From positions 1 through 64,000 of the forward strand of contig JAOPTX010000008.1 of NCBI GenBank assembly GCA_051532055.1: DNA of 64,000 bases. Direction: 5' to 3'. This document shows, piece by piece, positions 30,078 through 39,498 of this stretch. The DNA is from Fibrobacterales bacterium (GTDB lineage Bacteria > Fibrobacterota > Fibrobacteria > Fibrobacterales > JAOPTW01). Made by a program: the position numbers and the translations under genes. Below the pieces are notes generated by a model. The model did not search any database and was not told the DNA's origin. It saw only the letters and a program-made list of their open reading frames with translations. Position 1 is the stretch's first letter, and the number at the start of each line of letters is the position of its first letter.

Positions 30078-30345
30078 TGTGCAGTTCATACAAGCCCGAC
30101 CACTCGGGACGGATTATCACTCGACCTTCAGTCGAGCCCGGAGGGTGAGAACGTTATAGACTGTAACGTTCGAATAATTCTGCGCATATGATATACAAAG
30201 TACCCCTAACGTCACGTCCTTTTCTCTATTCCAAGTTCCCAGGGCGTCGCCCCTGGACGCGGCCAGACCTTTTGGATACCCAAAAGACTGGACAAAAACC
30301 ACTCTTGCAGAGAGCCGCATCACATGGGCTTATGCTTCTGGCCCA
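30078..30345. other. GC-rich multi-hairpin non-coding element (candidate ncRNA or palindromic repeat)
   Basis: At least six stem-loops identified by eye; only short, implausible ORFs. Confidence 0.4.
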
Positions 30346-30607
30346 GGTTACGCTACTCTGTACATATTATAATTTAATGTAGTTGGATAAGTAATGTGCT
30401 CTAAAATTTCTAATTGCACCAGAAAGCGCTTAAACCTTACATTTCGTGTTTGATGAGATATGTACAACTTCCGATAGTATTGCCTGGGAAATAACGCTAA
30501 CGTGATGTGTAATCTGCACTTCGTGCAATTGTGGGGTTCGGAAGCAGAATTTTTTATTGTGCTTCAATCAAGCTTTAGTATTACATTCAAGTTATTAGTT
30601 CAATAAT

Positions 30608-32020
30608 CTACCGATGCTCAGAATCACCAATATACACAGGCTCTTCTTCAATCACCTGCATGCTCTTCCATTTACCACCAAAATACCGAATAGTATATAC
30701 GATTGAAAGTGAAAAGACAAAGAAAGTGAGTAATCCCCACATGGCATAGATAGTACCATCAAGATATTTTATTATGATAATTGATGGAATAATCATTACT
30801 ACTACTGTAAACAGGCCGAGGTATTTCATGACAAAATGGGTATCCCCTGCCCCTTTAATAGCTGACGAGAACATAAGCTGGACACAGTCACCCACAGCAT
30901 ATATTGCAACAAAAAGGAGGAGCTCAGTAGCAAGTTTCGCTATGGGGGCAAACTCAGCCGGGTCTGCTCGGAGACCAAAGAGTCCGACCAGTGGCCCAGG
31001 AAATGTTACATAGATAAATGAGAGTGTAAGAGCCATCATTAGCCCTAATTGAATACCCGAATACGTGGAAATCTCGGCCTTATCAATTTGCTTTGCACCG
31101 ATGTACTGCCCGACTTTGATACTCACAGAAATAGCCATACTGTGAATAATAATAAAGCCGAAAATATCAATTTGAAAAGCAATATTTGATGCAGCTTGAA
31201 TCTCTTTTCCGAGGAAGCCAATCATAATCATAAACACGGTAAAGCCCGCAATCTCGATAAACATATGTACACCACTGGGGAGTCCATACCGTATTAATCG
31301 ACCAAACAGGTCTGTATCAAAACGCCACCCAGAGAGAGTGTTAAATTCCTCATTATTTTTCTTTCTAAATACCAACCAGGCAAAAAGTACGAGGGCAATG
31401 AGCTGTGAAATTACCGTTGCTATCCCTGCACCAAATAGTCCCATTTCGGGAATAGGTCCCCAGCCAAAAACCAACAGATAATCAAGAGGAGTATTTATGA
31501 AAAGCATGTAAATATTCACCCACATGACTGGCTTGGTTATGCCACGCCCCGAATAGAATCCACCAAATACTGCCATAGCCACCATTGGAAATACCCCTAG
31601 GCAGAGTACCTGAAAATAAGAAATCTCTAGTGTTATAACCTCTGGCGCATGATCAAATGAGTTGAATACCATTGGAGCCAAGGGAATAAGAAAGAGCATG
31701 AGAAAGCCACCAATAGCTGAAAGATAGAGCCCTTGCCATACAGCCGGTCCAATCCGTTCGGGCCTCTTTGATCCAAAGTATTGAGATACAAAGGTTCCTA
31801 TATAGAGGCCAGTCCCAAGAAAAAGACAGCCAAAGGCAAAACTGAGAGCGCCTGCAGGCATAGCAGCCGCGAGAGCATCAGAAGAGTACCAACTGACAAA
31901 CATGCGATCGATAAACATAAGGAGCGAAAATGCCCCTGAACTGATCATTAACGGGAATGCTACTTTTAGGAGTTCTTTATACCCTGCTTCGCGGTAGTAT
32001 CTTTTCTTTAGCCAATTCAT
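30608..32020 (-). CDS. MATE-family efflux transporter
   Basis: 12 TM, FIDRMFV, SQYFG, LVFG.GPIPEMG..GAGIAT, KGAGDT; ATG at 32020 preferred. Confidence 0.92.
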   Translation of the reverse strand: MNWLKKRYYREAGYKELLKVAFPLMISSGAFSLLMFIDRMFVSWYSSDALAAAMPAGALSFAFGCLFLGTGLYIGTFVSQYFGSKRPERIGPAVWQGLYLSAIGGFLMLFLIPLAPMVFNSFDHAPEVITLEISYFQVLCLGVFPMVAMAVFGGFYSGRGITKPVMWVNIYMLFINTPLDYLLVFGWGPIPEMGLFGAGIATVISQLIALVLFAWLVFRKKNNEEFNTLSGWRFDTDLFGRLIRYGLPSGVHMFIEIAGFTVFMIMIGFLGKEIQAASNIAFQIDIFGFIIIHSMAISVSIKVGQYIGAKQIDKAEISTYSGIQLGLMMALTLSFIYVTFPGPLVGLFGLRADPAEFAPIAKLATELLLFVAIYAVGDCVQLMFSSAIKGAGDTHFVMKYLGLFTVVVMIIPSIIIIKYLDGTIYAMWGLLTFFVFSLSIVYTIRYFGGKWKSMQVIEEEPVYIGDSEHR

Positions 32021-32159
32021 CCCGACCCACAATCCATCAAAATTCTGTGGTCTAAAGATACCAATTTAAACCATGTGACGTACTTAAAAGAATCTCTCAA
32101 TTACGCTTTAAAATTTTCTTTTAATAGCCAGCGATTGGTTTACTGATTTATTTAAGACC

Positions 32160-33152
32160 CTATTCTAAAATTCGATTAAAATATTGCTCAACTCGAGTAC
32201 TATCTTTATCAATATACCATATCATTAATGAATCATCATTTCGAACAAATTGGGTTGAATCTATAGAAGTGCTATCTTTAGTATCATCAGGATCAACAAA
32301 TTGTTCAGTAATTAACCAATCATCAATGAGATTCCAAAAACCTGAACTTGAATCTTTAATGTTATATTCTTCTACTTCAATATGATATATATACGTTGAA
32401 TCTTGGTTAAACTGTAGAACAATTGAAACACCTTCTATTGGAAAAGTATCGCCTACCATATAATCAAATTTCCATAACCCTACAATATCATCTATGGTGT
32501 TAAAAAAATATTGAGAAGTATCAGATGTACTATAGATGTCACTTGCATAAACCGTCACTTGATATTCTTCTCCTTTAGTGAGAGAATCAAGAGTCCCATT
32601 ATTTGAACTATCAACCCATTCTTTTACGAGCAGAGTATCCACATCAGAAATAGTATAGAGGCTCCAATTAAAGAAAATGGAATCATTTTCAATGTCTTCT
32701 GAATGGACCGGAAGAATTATTTGAGTAGCCAAGTAATCCTGCTTGTTATCAGGAAACGATACTACTGGTCGGGTTGGTGATGAATTAATTAAAGTAGAAA
32801 ATTGAATGGTATCTGAATTCACGCTCTCAATACCGTCTGTAACGAGGACAAACATTTCATACGTTTCATCATATGCTAGTGATTCAATTTCTAAAGTAAA
32901 TTCCTCTGTTTGCCCCCAAGGGATAAACTGAGTGTCTGAATTAATTGCCTTTATGTATACAGAATAGCGGAGGGTATCCCCATCGATATCAGCAGCACTC
33001 CATCCCGCAGTGTAGGAGAGAGGCATAGATTGTACTGAGTCCCGAGGATAAATAATGACTGGTTTAGTTGGTTGATTGTTAATTTTTGCTTCAACTGGGT
33101 TCTCACACCCTAATAATGAAAGGAGTGCCAAAAGGCACAATATGAATTGCAT
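32160..33152 (-). CDS. Lipoprotein with two FnIII-like domains and a lipocalin-like C-terminus
   Basis: Lipobox LLGC, two N..PT.P...P modules (DIDGD.L.Y), C-terminal IVGLWK...FNQDSTY. Confidence 0.6.
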   Translation of the reverse strand: MQFILCLLALLSLLGCENPVEAKINNQPTKPVIIYPRDSVQSMPLSYTAGWSAADIDGDTLRYSVYIKAINSDTQFIPWGQTEEFTLEIESLAYDETYEMFVLVTDGIESVNSDTIQFSTLINSSPTRPVVSFPDNKQDYLATQIILPVHSEDIENDSIFFNWSLYTISDVDTLLVKEWVDSSNNGTLDSLTKGEEYQVTVYASDIYSTSDTSQYFFNTIDDIVGLWKFDYMVGDTFPIEGVSIVLQFNQDSTYIYHIEVEEYNIKDSSSGFWNLIDDWLITEQFVDPDDTKDSTSIDSTQFVRNDDSLMIWYIDKDSTRVEQYFNRILE

Positions 33153-33313
33153 AGGATATCCTAAAATAAGTATTTGCTAATTAGACGAGTAAATGAGAGT
33201 AATGGTGCCCTCATTGTAAAATTAGTTAATTAACCCATAATTTATTCAATGCAACAAACGCTCCAAAAGAACGGAACTCAGAAGCGTACAGCTATCATTC
33301 AATTAAATATTTT

Positions 33314-33979
33314 CTACTGTTTTTCAGCCATATACATTTTAATGGGCACCGGAGAATCTATGCTATTCTCTTCAAATGAGGATATCACAGGTACTTTAAC
33401 AAAACCCGAATCTAAAGAACCGCACTGTTGTTCAAAAGGAATATATTGATATTTATAGATATGCTCTGAGTTTGCGTCATTACTACTCCAATAAGCCACC
33501 CAATATTGAGATGCCTGAGTAGCAGTTCCTTTTTCGATAGTACAGATTTTATTATCAAATGAAGAGTCATCATATATATCAACATCACTAAAGGCTCCCA
33601 TATAGCTCTCCAAGCTATCAAGGTTACAATTAACCTCAAAGGGGAAAATAACATTTGTATCAGGCGCCTCTATTGAAAAATCAAATACTCCATTTTCTGT
33701 AATATCATAGAGCTCTGCTTCATACTCATGGAAATAATGGTCGTAACCCCCTAAAACAAACTGATCACCAATTGCAACAGTTAGGATAGGATCATTAAAG
33801 GAATCGAATACTGTATATTGCCCGGTAAACGTAGCGACACAAGGTTGAGGGCTTAGACCTATTGATTCAATTTCGAGTCGTTTTCTTGTACTCCCCGATT
33901 CGCTTGGCGTTACCTCAGTTGTATCAAGAAAACATCCTATTAACAGTAGTGTAGATACAGTAATCAGTAAAAAATGCAT
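33314..33979 (-). CDS. Hypothetical lipoprotein
   Basis: Lipobox LIGC, RBS GAGG. Confidence 0.65.
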   Translation of the reverse strand: MHFLLITVSTLLLIGCFLDTTEVTPSESGSTRKRLEIESIGLSPQPCVATFTGQYTVFDSFNDPILTVAIGDQFVLGGYDHYFHEYEAELYDITENGVFDFSIEAPDTNVIFPFEVNCNLDSLESYMGAFSDVDIYDDSSFDNKICTIEKGTATQASQYWVAYWSSNDANSEHIYKYQYIPFEQQCGSLDSGFVKVPVISSFEENSIDSPVPIKMYMAEKQ

Positions 33980-34213
33980 AGTGTGCCCTCAAATAATATG
34001 ATGGGGCACAATATAGTAATTGAATAGGGTCTTCAAAAAGATTAAGTAGCATACCCATCCCATCCCCAAATACCCAGATAACGCATCATTCGTTCACCAT
34101 TTCAATGATATCTCAGTGAACAAAATAGCATTTTACATAGATATTAACACTTTATTGGCTATTTTTAGTCACCTTATGTTTGATTTTAATTTCCAAAGAG
34201 ATACCTTAGGGAT

Positions 34214-35056
34214 ATGACTACTATATTTAATTACTTCAACTACCATGAGTTCCTGAAAGATTGGTTCAGAACTCAGAAGGAGCTGCGAAGCGGTGTTACC
34301 CTGCAATCGATTACTGATGCCGTTGGAATAAAATCCAAAAGCTATCTACATCGCATCACCAGAGGCACCGCTCGACTCTCCGAAAAATCCCTACCTGCGC
34401 TTTGCAGGGCACTCAAACTGAACCAAGGCGAAAGTGACTATTTGTCCCTTCTCGTTCAGTTTAAACATTCCAAATCAGACAACGAAAAAAATGGTCTGCT
34501 GGTACAAATTCAAGCGCTTGCTAATAGTGATGCCTTCGAATTAGAACAGAAAAAGTATATCTATTTTAGCAAGTGGTATATACCGGCTATTCGTGAGCTC
34601 GTGACCTGCCTCGAGTTTGGTGAAAACTATCAACGTCTTGGTAGAGCCCTTACTCCGGTAATTTCTGTGAAAGAGGCCAAAGAGGCAATTCAGTTGCTTC
34701 TCGAGCTTGACCTCATAGAAAAAGAAGGGGTGCTGTATCGGCAAAAGCAGAATATTGTTATTGCCAAGAGTGACATTGATTTTTTGGCACTCAGAAACTA
34801 TCAGAAATCATTGATAGATTTAGGATATCAATCAATTGACCGCTTTACCCCTAATCAACGTGAAACGCTCTCTATATGTGCGGGTGTTTCAAAAGATGGC
34901 TATGCGCAACTCAGCTTTGCCCTCAAAGAGTTTCAAAAGAGAGTCGTTGAAATTCTTAATCAAACAGACACGGTAGAACTTACCTGTCAAATTAATACAC
35001 AGGTATTCCCTGTCTCAAAAATTATTTCACAAAAAGGAATCGACTATGAATCATAA
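34214..35056 (+). CDS. TIGR02147-family protein (N-terminal HTH + DUF4423-like domain)
   Basis: IFNY.NY.EFLKDW, KSKSYL, YFSKWYIPAIRELV, AIQLLLELDLI, QINTQVFP. Confidence 0.88.
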   Translation: MTTIFNYFNYHEFLKDWFRTQKELRSGVTLQSITDAVGIKSKSYLHRITRGTARLSEKSLPALCRALKLNQGESDYLSLLVQFKHSKSDNEKNGLLVQIQALANSDAFELEQKKYIYFSKWYIPAIRELVTCLEFGENYQRLGRALTPVISVKEAKEAIQLLLELDLIEKEGVLYRQKQNIVIAKSDIDFLALRNYQKSLIDLGYQSIDRFTPNQRETLSICAGVSKDGYAQLSFALKEFQKRVVEILNQTDTVELTCQINTQVFPVSKIISQKGIDYES

Positions 35057-36641
35057 ACTACTCGTACTTATGAGCACCTTCTTTCTCTTATTAATGGGCT
35101 GTGCAATGGAACTTGCAAAAGATGAAACAACCAATGGCGTTATCACTGGTGGTACTATTGTGCCCACAACAATTGCCGTTAAAAAAACAACTGACACTAA
35201 AGACATCCCTGATGAAGCCTATCTGTATCAAGAAAGTAATCCAACAGAACTCTTTAAAAGTACCTCACTGAAGAAAGATGGAAGTTTTATCTTTAGCGAA
35301 CTCCCTCTGGGTAAATACGACATAATGATAAAAAACAACTCATTTGGTGGGCTGTATACCTCTATAACTCTTGATGCTGAAGACCCAACTTACCACATTC
35401 AAGAGCTCGCAATTACGGCTATTGAGTATCTCCCCATTGATATCGATGAGGACATGGAAGATTTCACTCTCTATAATTATCATATTGAGATTGATAAGAA
35501 TCGTGATGATGCGTTTCTCTTTCCGTTCATTATGCATCAAGATGAGAATGGTCACTTTGTGCAATACGTGCATACCTACGATAATAAAAATGATAAGTCG
35601 TCCGCCTACACTCTTACCACCGGTACACCGTACTTAATCCCTACTCCTACAGAGCCGGTCTGCGAAGAAAACAAAGATTGTTCTTTAGAAATTACTAAGG
35701 CTCTTTGCAGCGATGGCATTGACAATGATGAAAATGGATTTGTTGATTGTGATGACTTACTCTGCCTTGACTTTGTAATGTGTCAAGACATCCCGCCACA
35801 ACCACTTGAAGGCTCAAATGAAACATGTAGTGATGGTATTGACAATGATGACGATGGCAAGGTTGATTGTAGTGATATGGATTGTTTAGGCAAAGCAGGA
35901 TGTTTAATTGAATTGGATTGTACCGATGGATTAGACAACGACAACAATGGCAACACAGATTGTGAAGATGCTGTTTGTTCAGGCCATAGCAGCTGCTCTA
36001 GTGATACAGAATACACCTACGATAGATGTCAAGACGGAACAGATAATGATGACGACGGTAAAATTGATTGCGATGACCCTCATTGCCTCGACTTTGTATT
36101 TTGTCAAGAGCCAACAGAAGATACTGACTCCCAGTGTAAAGATGGAATTGATAACGATAAAAACGGCCGTGTAGATTGTGACGATCAAAAGTGTGCGGTA
36201 TTTCCACAATGTAGGGATGAAGAAATGGAAAATACTTTTGAACTCTGCACTGATCAAGTTGATAATGATGGAAATGGCGATATAGACTGCGCTGATTCAA
36301 GGTGTAAAACATTTGTAATATGTAATGTCGCTGAAAATGAGCCATCAATGTGCCTTGATGGAATAGATAATGATGGTGATGGCTCGGTAGATTGCGATGA
36401 CAATGAGTGCCAACTCTTTGACTTCTGTAATGAAGCAGATGCTGCTACTTGTCAAGATGGAATAGACAACGATAGTGATGGCCTTACTGACTGTGCAGAT
36501 GATAGCTGTAGATACCACGATTTTTGTGGTGAAACAACAGCTATACTTTGCACAGATGGAATAGATAATGATGTGGATGGACTGGTTGATTGTGATGACG
36601 ATGAGTGTCGAATTTTTTCGGAATGCAACGAGAATCCTTAA
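35046..36641 (+). CDS. Lipoprotein with nine CxDGxDNDxDGxxDCxDxxC repeats
   Basis: Lipobox LMGC; N-terminal beta-sandwich (DGSFIFSELPLGKY); nine repeats counted; overlaps the TIGR02147 gene end by 11 nt. Confidence 0.8.
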   Translation: MNHKLLVLMSTFFLLLMGCAMELAKDETTNGVITGGTIVPTTIAVKKTTDTKDIPDEAYLYQESNPTELFKSTSLKKDGSFIFSELPLGKYDIMIKNNSFGGLYTSITLDAEDPTYHIQELAITAIEYLPIDIDEDMEDFTLYNYHIEIDKNRDDAFLFPFIMHQDENGHFVQYVHTYDNKNDKSSAYTLTTGTPYLIPTPTEPVCEENKDCSLEITKALCSDGIDNDENGFVDCDDLLCLDFVMCQDIPPQPLEGSNETCSDGIDNDDDGKVDCSDMDCLGKAGCLIELDCTDGLDNDNNGNTDCEDAVCSGHSSCSSDTEYTYDRCQDGTDNDDDGKIDCDDPHCLDFVFCQEPTEDTDSQCKDGIDNDKNGRVDCDDQKCAVFPQCRDEEMENTFELCTDQVDNDGNGDIDCADSRCKTFVICNVAENEPSMCLDGIDNDGDGSVDCDDNECQLFDFCNEADAATCQDGIDNDSDGLTDCADDSCRYHDFCGETTAILCTDGIDNDVDGLVDCDDDECRIFSECNENP

Positions 36642-36676
36642 ATACTCATTCACTCTTTAACTATTCAATAAGCGCC

Positions 36677-36705
36677 AAGGTCACTCTATATGAGTGGCCT
36701 TTTTT
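36677..36705 (+). terminator. Intrinsic terminator
   Basis: AAGGTCACTC-TATAT-GAGTGGCCTT followed by a T-run. Confidence 0.75.
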
Positions 36706-36716
36706 ATTACTCTCAG

Positions 36717-37688
36717 TTAGCTTCTCGAAAAAGGAAAACTCAAAACCTTTGAAAGGTCTTCTTCACCAAGTATCAGCATAATCAGCCGATCAAGACCAAT
36801 AGCAACCCCCGCACATTGAGGGACTCCCGATTGTAATGCATCAAGAAAAAAGTCATCTTTGGACAATATCCTTTTACCCAACTCCTTGCGTTTTTCAACA
36901 TCATCAGTAAAACGCCTTTCTTGCTCTTTTGGGTCGATAAGTTCTTCATACCCATTACAGAGCTCTACCCCATTAATATAGAGTTCAAATCGTTTTGCAA
37001 CGAGAGTATCATACTGATCAGTGTAGGTCTGAGCAAGAGCCGCCTGAGATGCAGGATAGTCACAGAGGAGCTCTGGTCCATCTTTGCCAAGATTGGGCTC
37101 AACGCATTGTGAAAGAATGTAGATAAGCCACTCATCGATATTATCAGATTCAATAGTGGGTAAATCATGAGCTTCAGCGAGGGACATAGCACAATTTACC
37201 GTGAGCTTGTGAGGATCTACCTTTAAATAATTTAAAAAGGCATCTCTATAGGTAATGACAGAATAGGGCCCAAAATCACCAAGTTCATTCACCAAGTCCA
37301 TTACTTCGACAATGAGCTCACGATAACTCATCCCCACTCGATACCATTCAAGAATGGTAAATTCAGGATTGTGAATTGGTCCAGACTCACCGTTTCTAAA
37401 TGCCTTGCATATTTGAAAGATCGATGGATAGCCCGCCGCAAGCATACGCTTCATAAAAAATTCTGGGCTGGTACTGAGGTAGCGTTTCTCTTTAGGGGTT
37501 TCTGTGCCATCGATATAGTGATCAGTATCATAGACATCAATGTATGGGTCTAGGCCCGAACCTCGAGAGAGAATGGGTGTCTCAACCTCAAGCACATCAA
37601 TAGCATGAAAAAAAGACCTGATCTTATGAATCAGGTCTGCTCGCTTTCGCGCAGTTTCTATAGAGAGTGTCGGTTTAAAGTCAGACAT
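36717..37688 (-). CDS. epmA: EF-P beta-lysyl ligase
   Basis: LEVETP, YLSTSPEF.MKR, FRNGE.G..HNPEFTILEWYR, RFELY..GVELCNGYEEL, GVAIGLDRL; no anticodon-binding domain. Confidence 0.95.
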   Translation of the reverse strand: MSDFKPTLSIETARKRADLIHKIRSFFHAIDVLEVETPILSRGSGLDPYIDVYDTDHYIDGTETPKEKRYLSTSPEFFMKRMLAAGYPSIFQICKAFRNGESGPIHNPEFTILEWYRVGMSYRELIVEVMDLVNELGDFGPYSVITYRDAFLNYLKVDPHKLTVNCAMSLAEAHDLPTIESDNIDEWLIYILSQCVEPNLGKDGPELLCDYPASQAALAQTYTDQYDTLVAKRFELYINGVELCNGYEELIDPKEQERRFTDDVEKRKELGKRILSKDDFFLDALQSGVPQCAGVAIGLDRLIMLILGEEDLSKVLSFPFSRS

Positions 37689-37826
37689 ATTCCAAATACG
37701 AATATCACAATATATTAACCAAATTTTTGTTCCAGTACCAAGCGGTTCGAGGCATCTGATTTTCCTGTTAGTGTACTATTAGAAATATCAGATAACGAAG
37801 AAATGCGCAGTGTAATGGGGCAAAAA

Positions 37827-38396
37827 TTATTCTTTAGAGCGTTCTACATATTCCCCGGTTCTTGTATCAACTTTGATTTTCATACCTTGAGAGATAAACA
37901 GAGGAATATGGATCTCTGCACCACTTTCTAAGATACCTGGACGAGTAACATTGCCCGTAGTATCTCCACGTGCTCCCGGAGGTGCATCGGTCACCACTAA
38001 GTGCATAAAGTTAGGGAGTTCTACTTCAATAACAGTGTCATTCCACATAAGGACTTCACAAGGAGTGTTATCAAGAAGAAAACGCTCTTGACCATCAAGG
38101 GCTAGTTTAGGAACTTCGATTGTCTCATAAGTCGATTGATCCATGAATGAGTATGTCTCACCATCATTATAGAGATACTCCATTTTATTAGAAGTAACAT
38201 CAGCTTTATCAACCATCTCACCCGATTTCCATGTTCTATCTATAACACGACCATTTAAAAGGTTTTTGATTTTCACACGATTAAACGCCTGACCTTTTCC
38301 TGGTTTTACAAATTGGTTATCGATAATTTCATACGGTTGATTATCAATCAGAATCTTCAATCTTTTTCTAAATTCATTGGTGTTCACTTTAGCCAT
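37827..38396 (-). CDS. efp: Elongation factor P
   Basis: FVKPGKGQAF (modifiable Lys), RGDT, VDTRTGEYVER. Confidence 0.97.
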   Translation of the reverse strand: MAKVNTNEFRKRLKILIDNQPYEIIDNQFVKPGKGQAFNRVKIKNLLNGRVIDRTWKSGEMVDKADVTSNKMEYLYNDGETYSFMDQSTYETIEVPKLALDGQERFLLDNTPCEVLMWNDTVIEVELPNFMHLVVTDAPPGARGDTTGNVTRPGILESGAEIHIPLFISQGMKIKVDTRTGEYVERSKE

Positions 38397-38454
38397 GAAT
38401 AGTTCCTTGTTGCAAACTCACATTTTGATGCAAAATTAACAAAAATTACACTAT

Positions 38455-39456
38455 ATGGATGATCAATCGAATACAAATAGCCCTAACGGCCCTTCTTTTA
38501 GCTGGCGAGATGAACTCTCTGACGCATTAACCACCGTCAAAGCACTTGCTCACTACCTCAAACTAAAAGAATCTGAAATTGCCTCAACAACGCCAGAATT
38601 CCCTATATTTGTACCCAAAATCTTTGCAGACAAGATAAACCCCAGTGACCCCAACGACCCAATTCTTGCCCAAGTAGCCTTTTCTGATAGAGAATTAGAG
38701 CTGCAAGAGGGATTTACTGATGACCCCGTTGGTGATATTGCCTCTGCGGTCGATTATGGGGTTCTTAAAAAATATGCATCCCGAGCCCTCCTCCTTTCAA
38801 GTCCTGCATGCTCAGTCAACTGCCGCTTTTGCTTTAGACGCAACACCGATTATCCTGTGCTCAGCACAACCCAAAAAATGGAAGTTGTAGAAAAAATAGC
38901 GGCTGACGAATCCATTGATGAGATTATTCTGAGTGGTGGTGACCCCTTGATGATGGGTGATATTGAGCTCTCTACCCTTTTTGAAACGTTCAACCAAATT
39001 GACTCAATAGAGCGTATCCGCATTCACACACGCATGCCCGCAGTGCTACCCAGTCGCATTACTGCAGAACTCTGTGCAGCGATTCAGCAATGTTCAAAAA
39101 AGATAATCATTGTCCTTCACTGTAATCACCCCAATGAACTTGATGAAGTCACCAAAGAAGCACTCTGGAAGCTTTCTATCTCGGGTGCCCTCCTCCTAAA
39201 CCAGAGCGTACTTCTCAAAGGGGTCAATGACTCTGTTGATACACTGGTCGCTCTTTCTGAAAAATTGGTTGCCCAGGGGGTTACCCCATATTATCTCCAT
39301 CAACTTGATCGAGCCAAAGGCGCTCATCATTTTGAAGTATCTATCGATGAAGGTCGTAAGCTTATCGAAGAGATGCGTAGTTCTGTTTCGGGGTATTTGG
39401 TACCTCGCTATGTGCAGGAGATTGCGGGGGAGGCGAGTAAGACGGTGTTGTTGTAG
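38455..39456 (+). CDS. epmB: EF-P beta-lysylation lysine 2,3-aminomutase (KamA-family radical SAM)
   Basis: Plus strand reads ATG GAT GAT CAA from 38455 to TAG at 39454-39456, so the track's - label is wrong; CSVNCRFCFRR, ILSGGDPL, RIHTR, NQSVLLKGVND, PYYLHQLD. Confidence 0.93.
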   Translation: MDDQSNTNSPNGPSFSWRDELSDALTTVKALAHYLKLKESEIASTTPEFPIFVPKIFADKINPSDPNDPILAQVAFSDRELELQEGFTDDPVGDIASAVDYGVLKKYASRALLLSSPACSVNCRFCFRRNTDYPVLSTTQKMEVVEKIAADESIDEIILSGGDPLMMGDIELSTLFETFNQIDSIERIRIHTRMPAVLPSRITAELCAAIQQCSKKIIIVLHCNHPNELDEVTKEALWKLSISGALLLNQSVLLKGVNDSVDTLVALSEKLVAQGVTPYYLHQLDRAKGAHHFEVSIDEGRKLIEEMRSSVSGYLVPRYVQEIAGEASKTVLL

Positions 39457-39498
39457 TAGAAACCTAGATCAACACCATTGAACAACTATAGGTCATCA

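Noticed and set aside
35690..36630. Regularly spaced GATGGxATxGAxAAxGA DNA repeats as a possible CRISPR array
   Set aside because: Degenerate at third codon positions, in frame within a protein repeat, and no cas genes
38455..39456. ORF-track label of minus strand for the KamA/EpmB ORF
   Set aside because: The listed protein MDDQSN... is encoded by the + strand (ATGGATGATCAATCG at 38455, TAG at 39454-39456)
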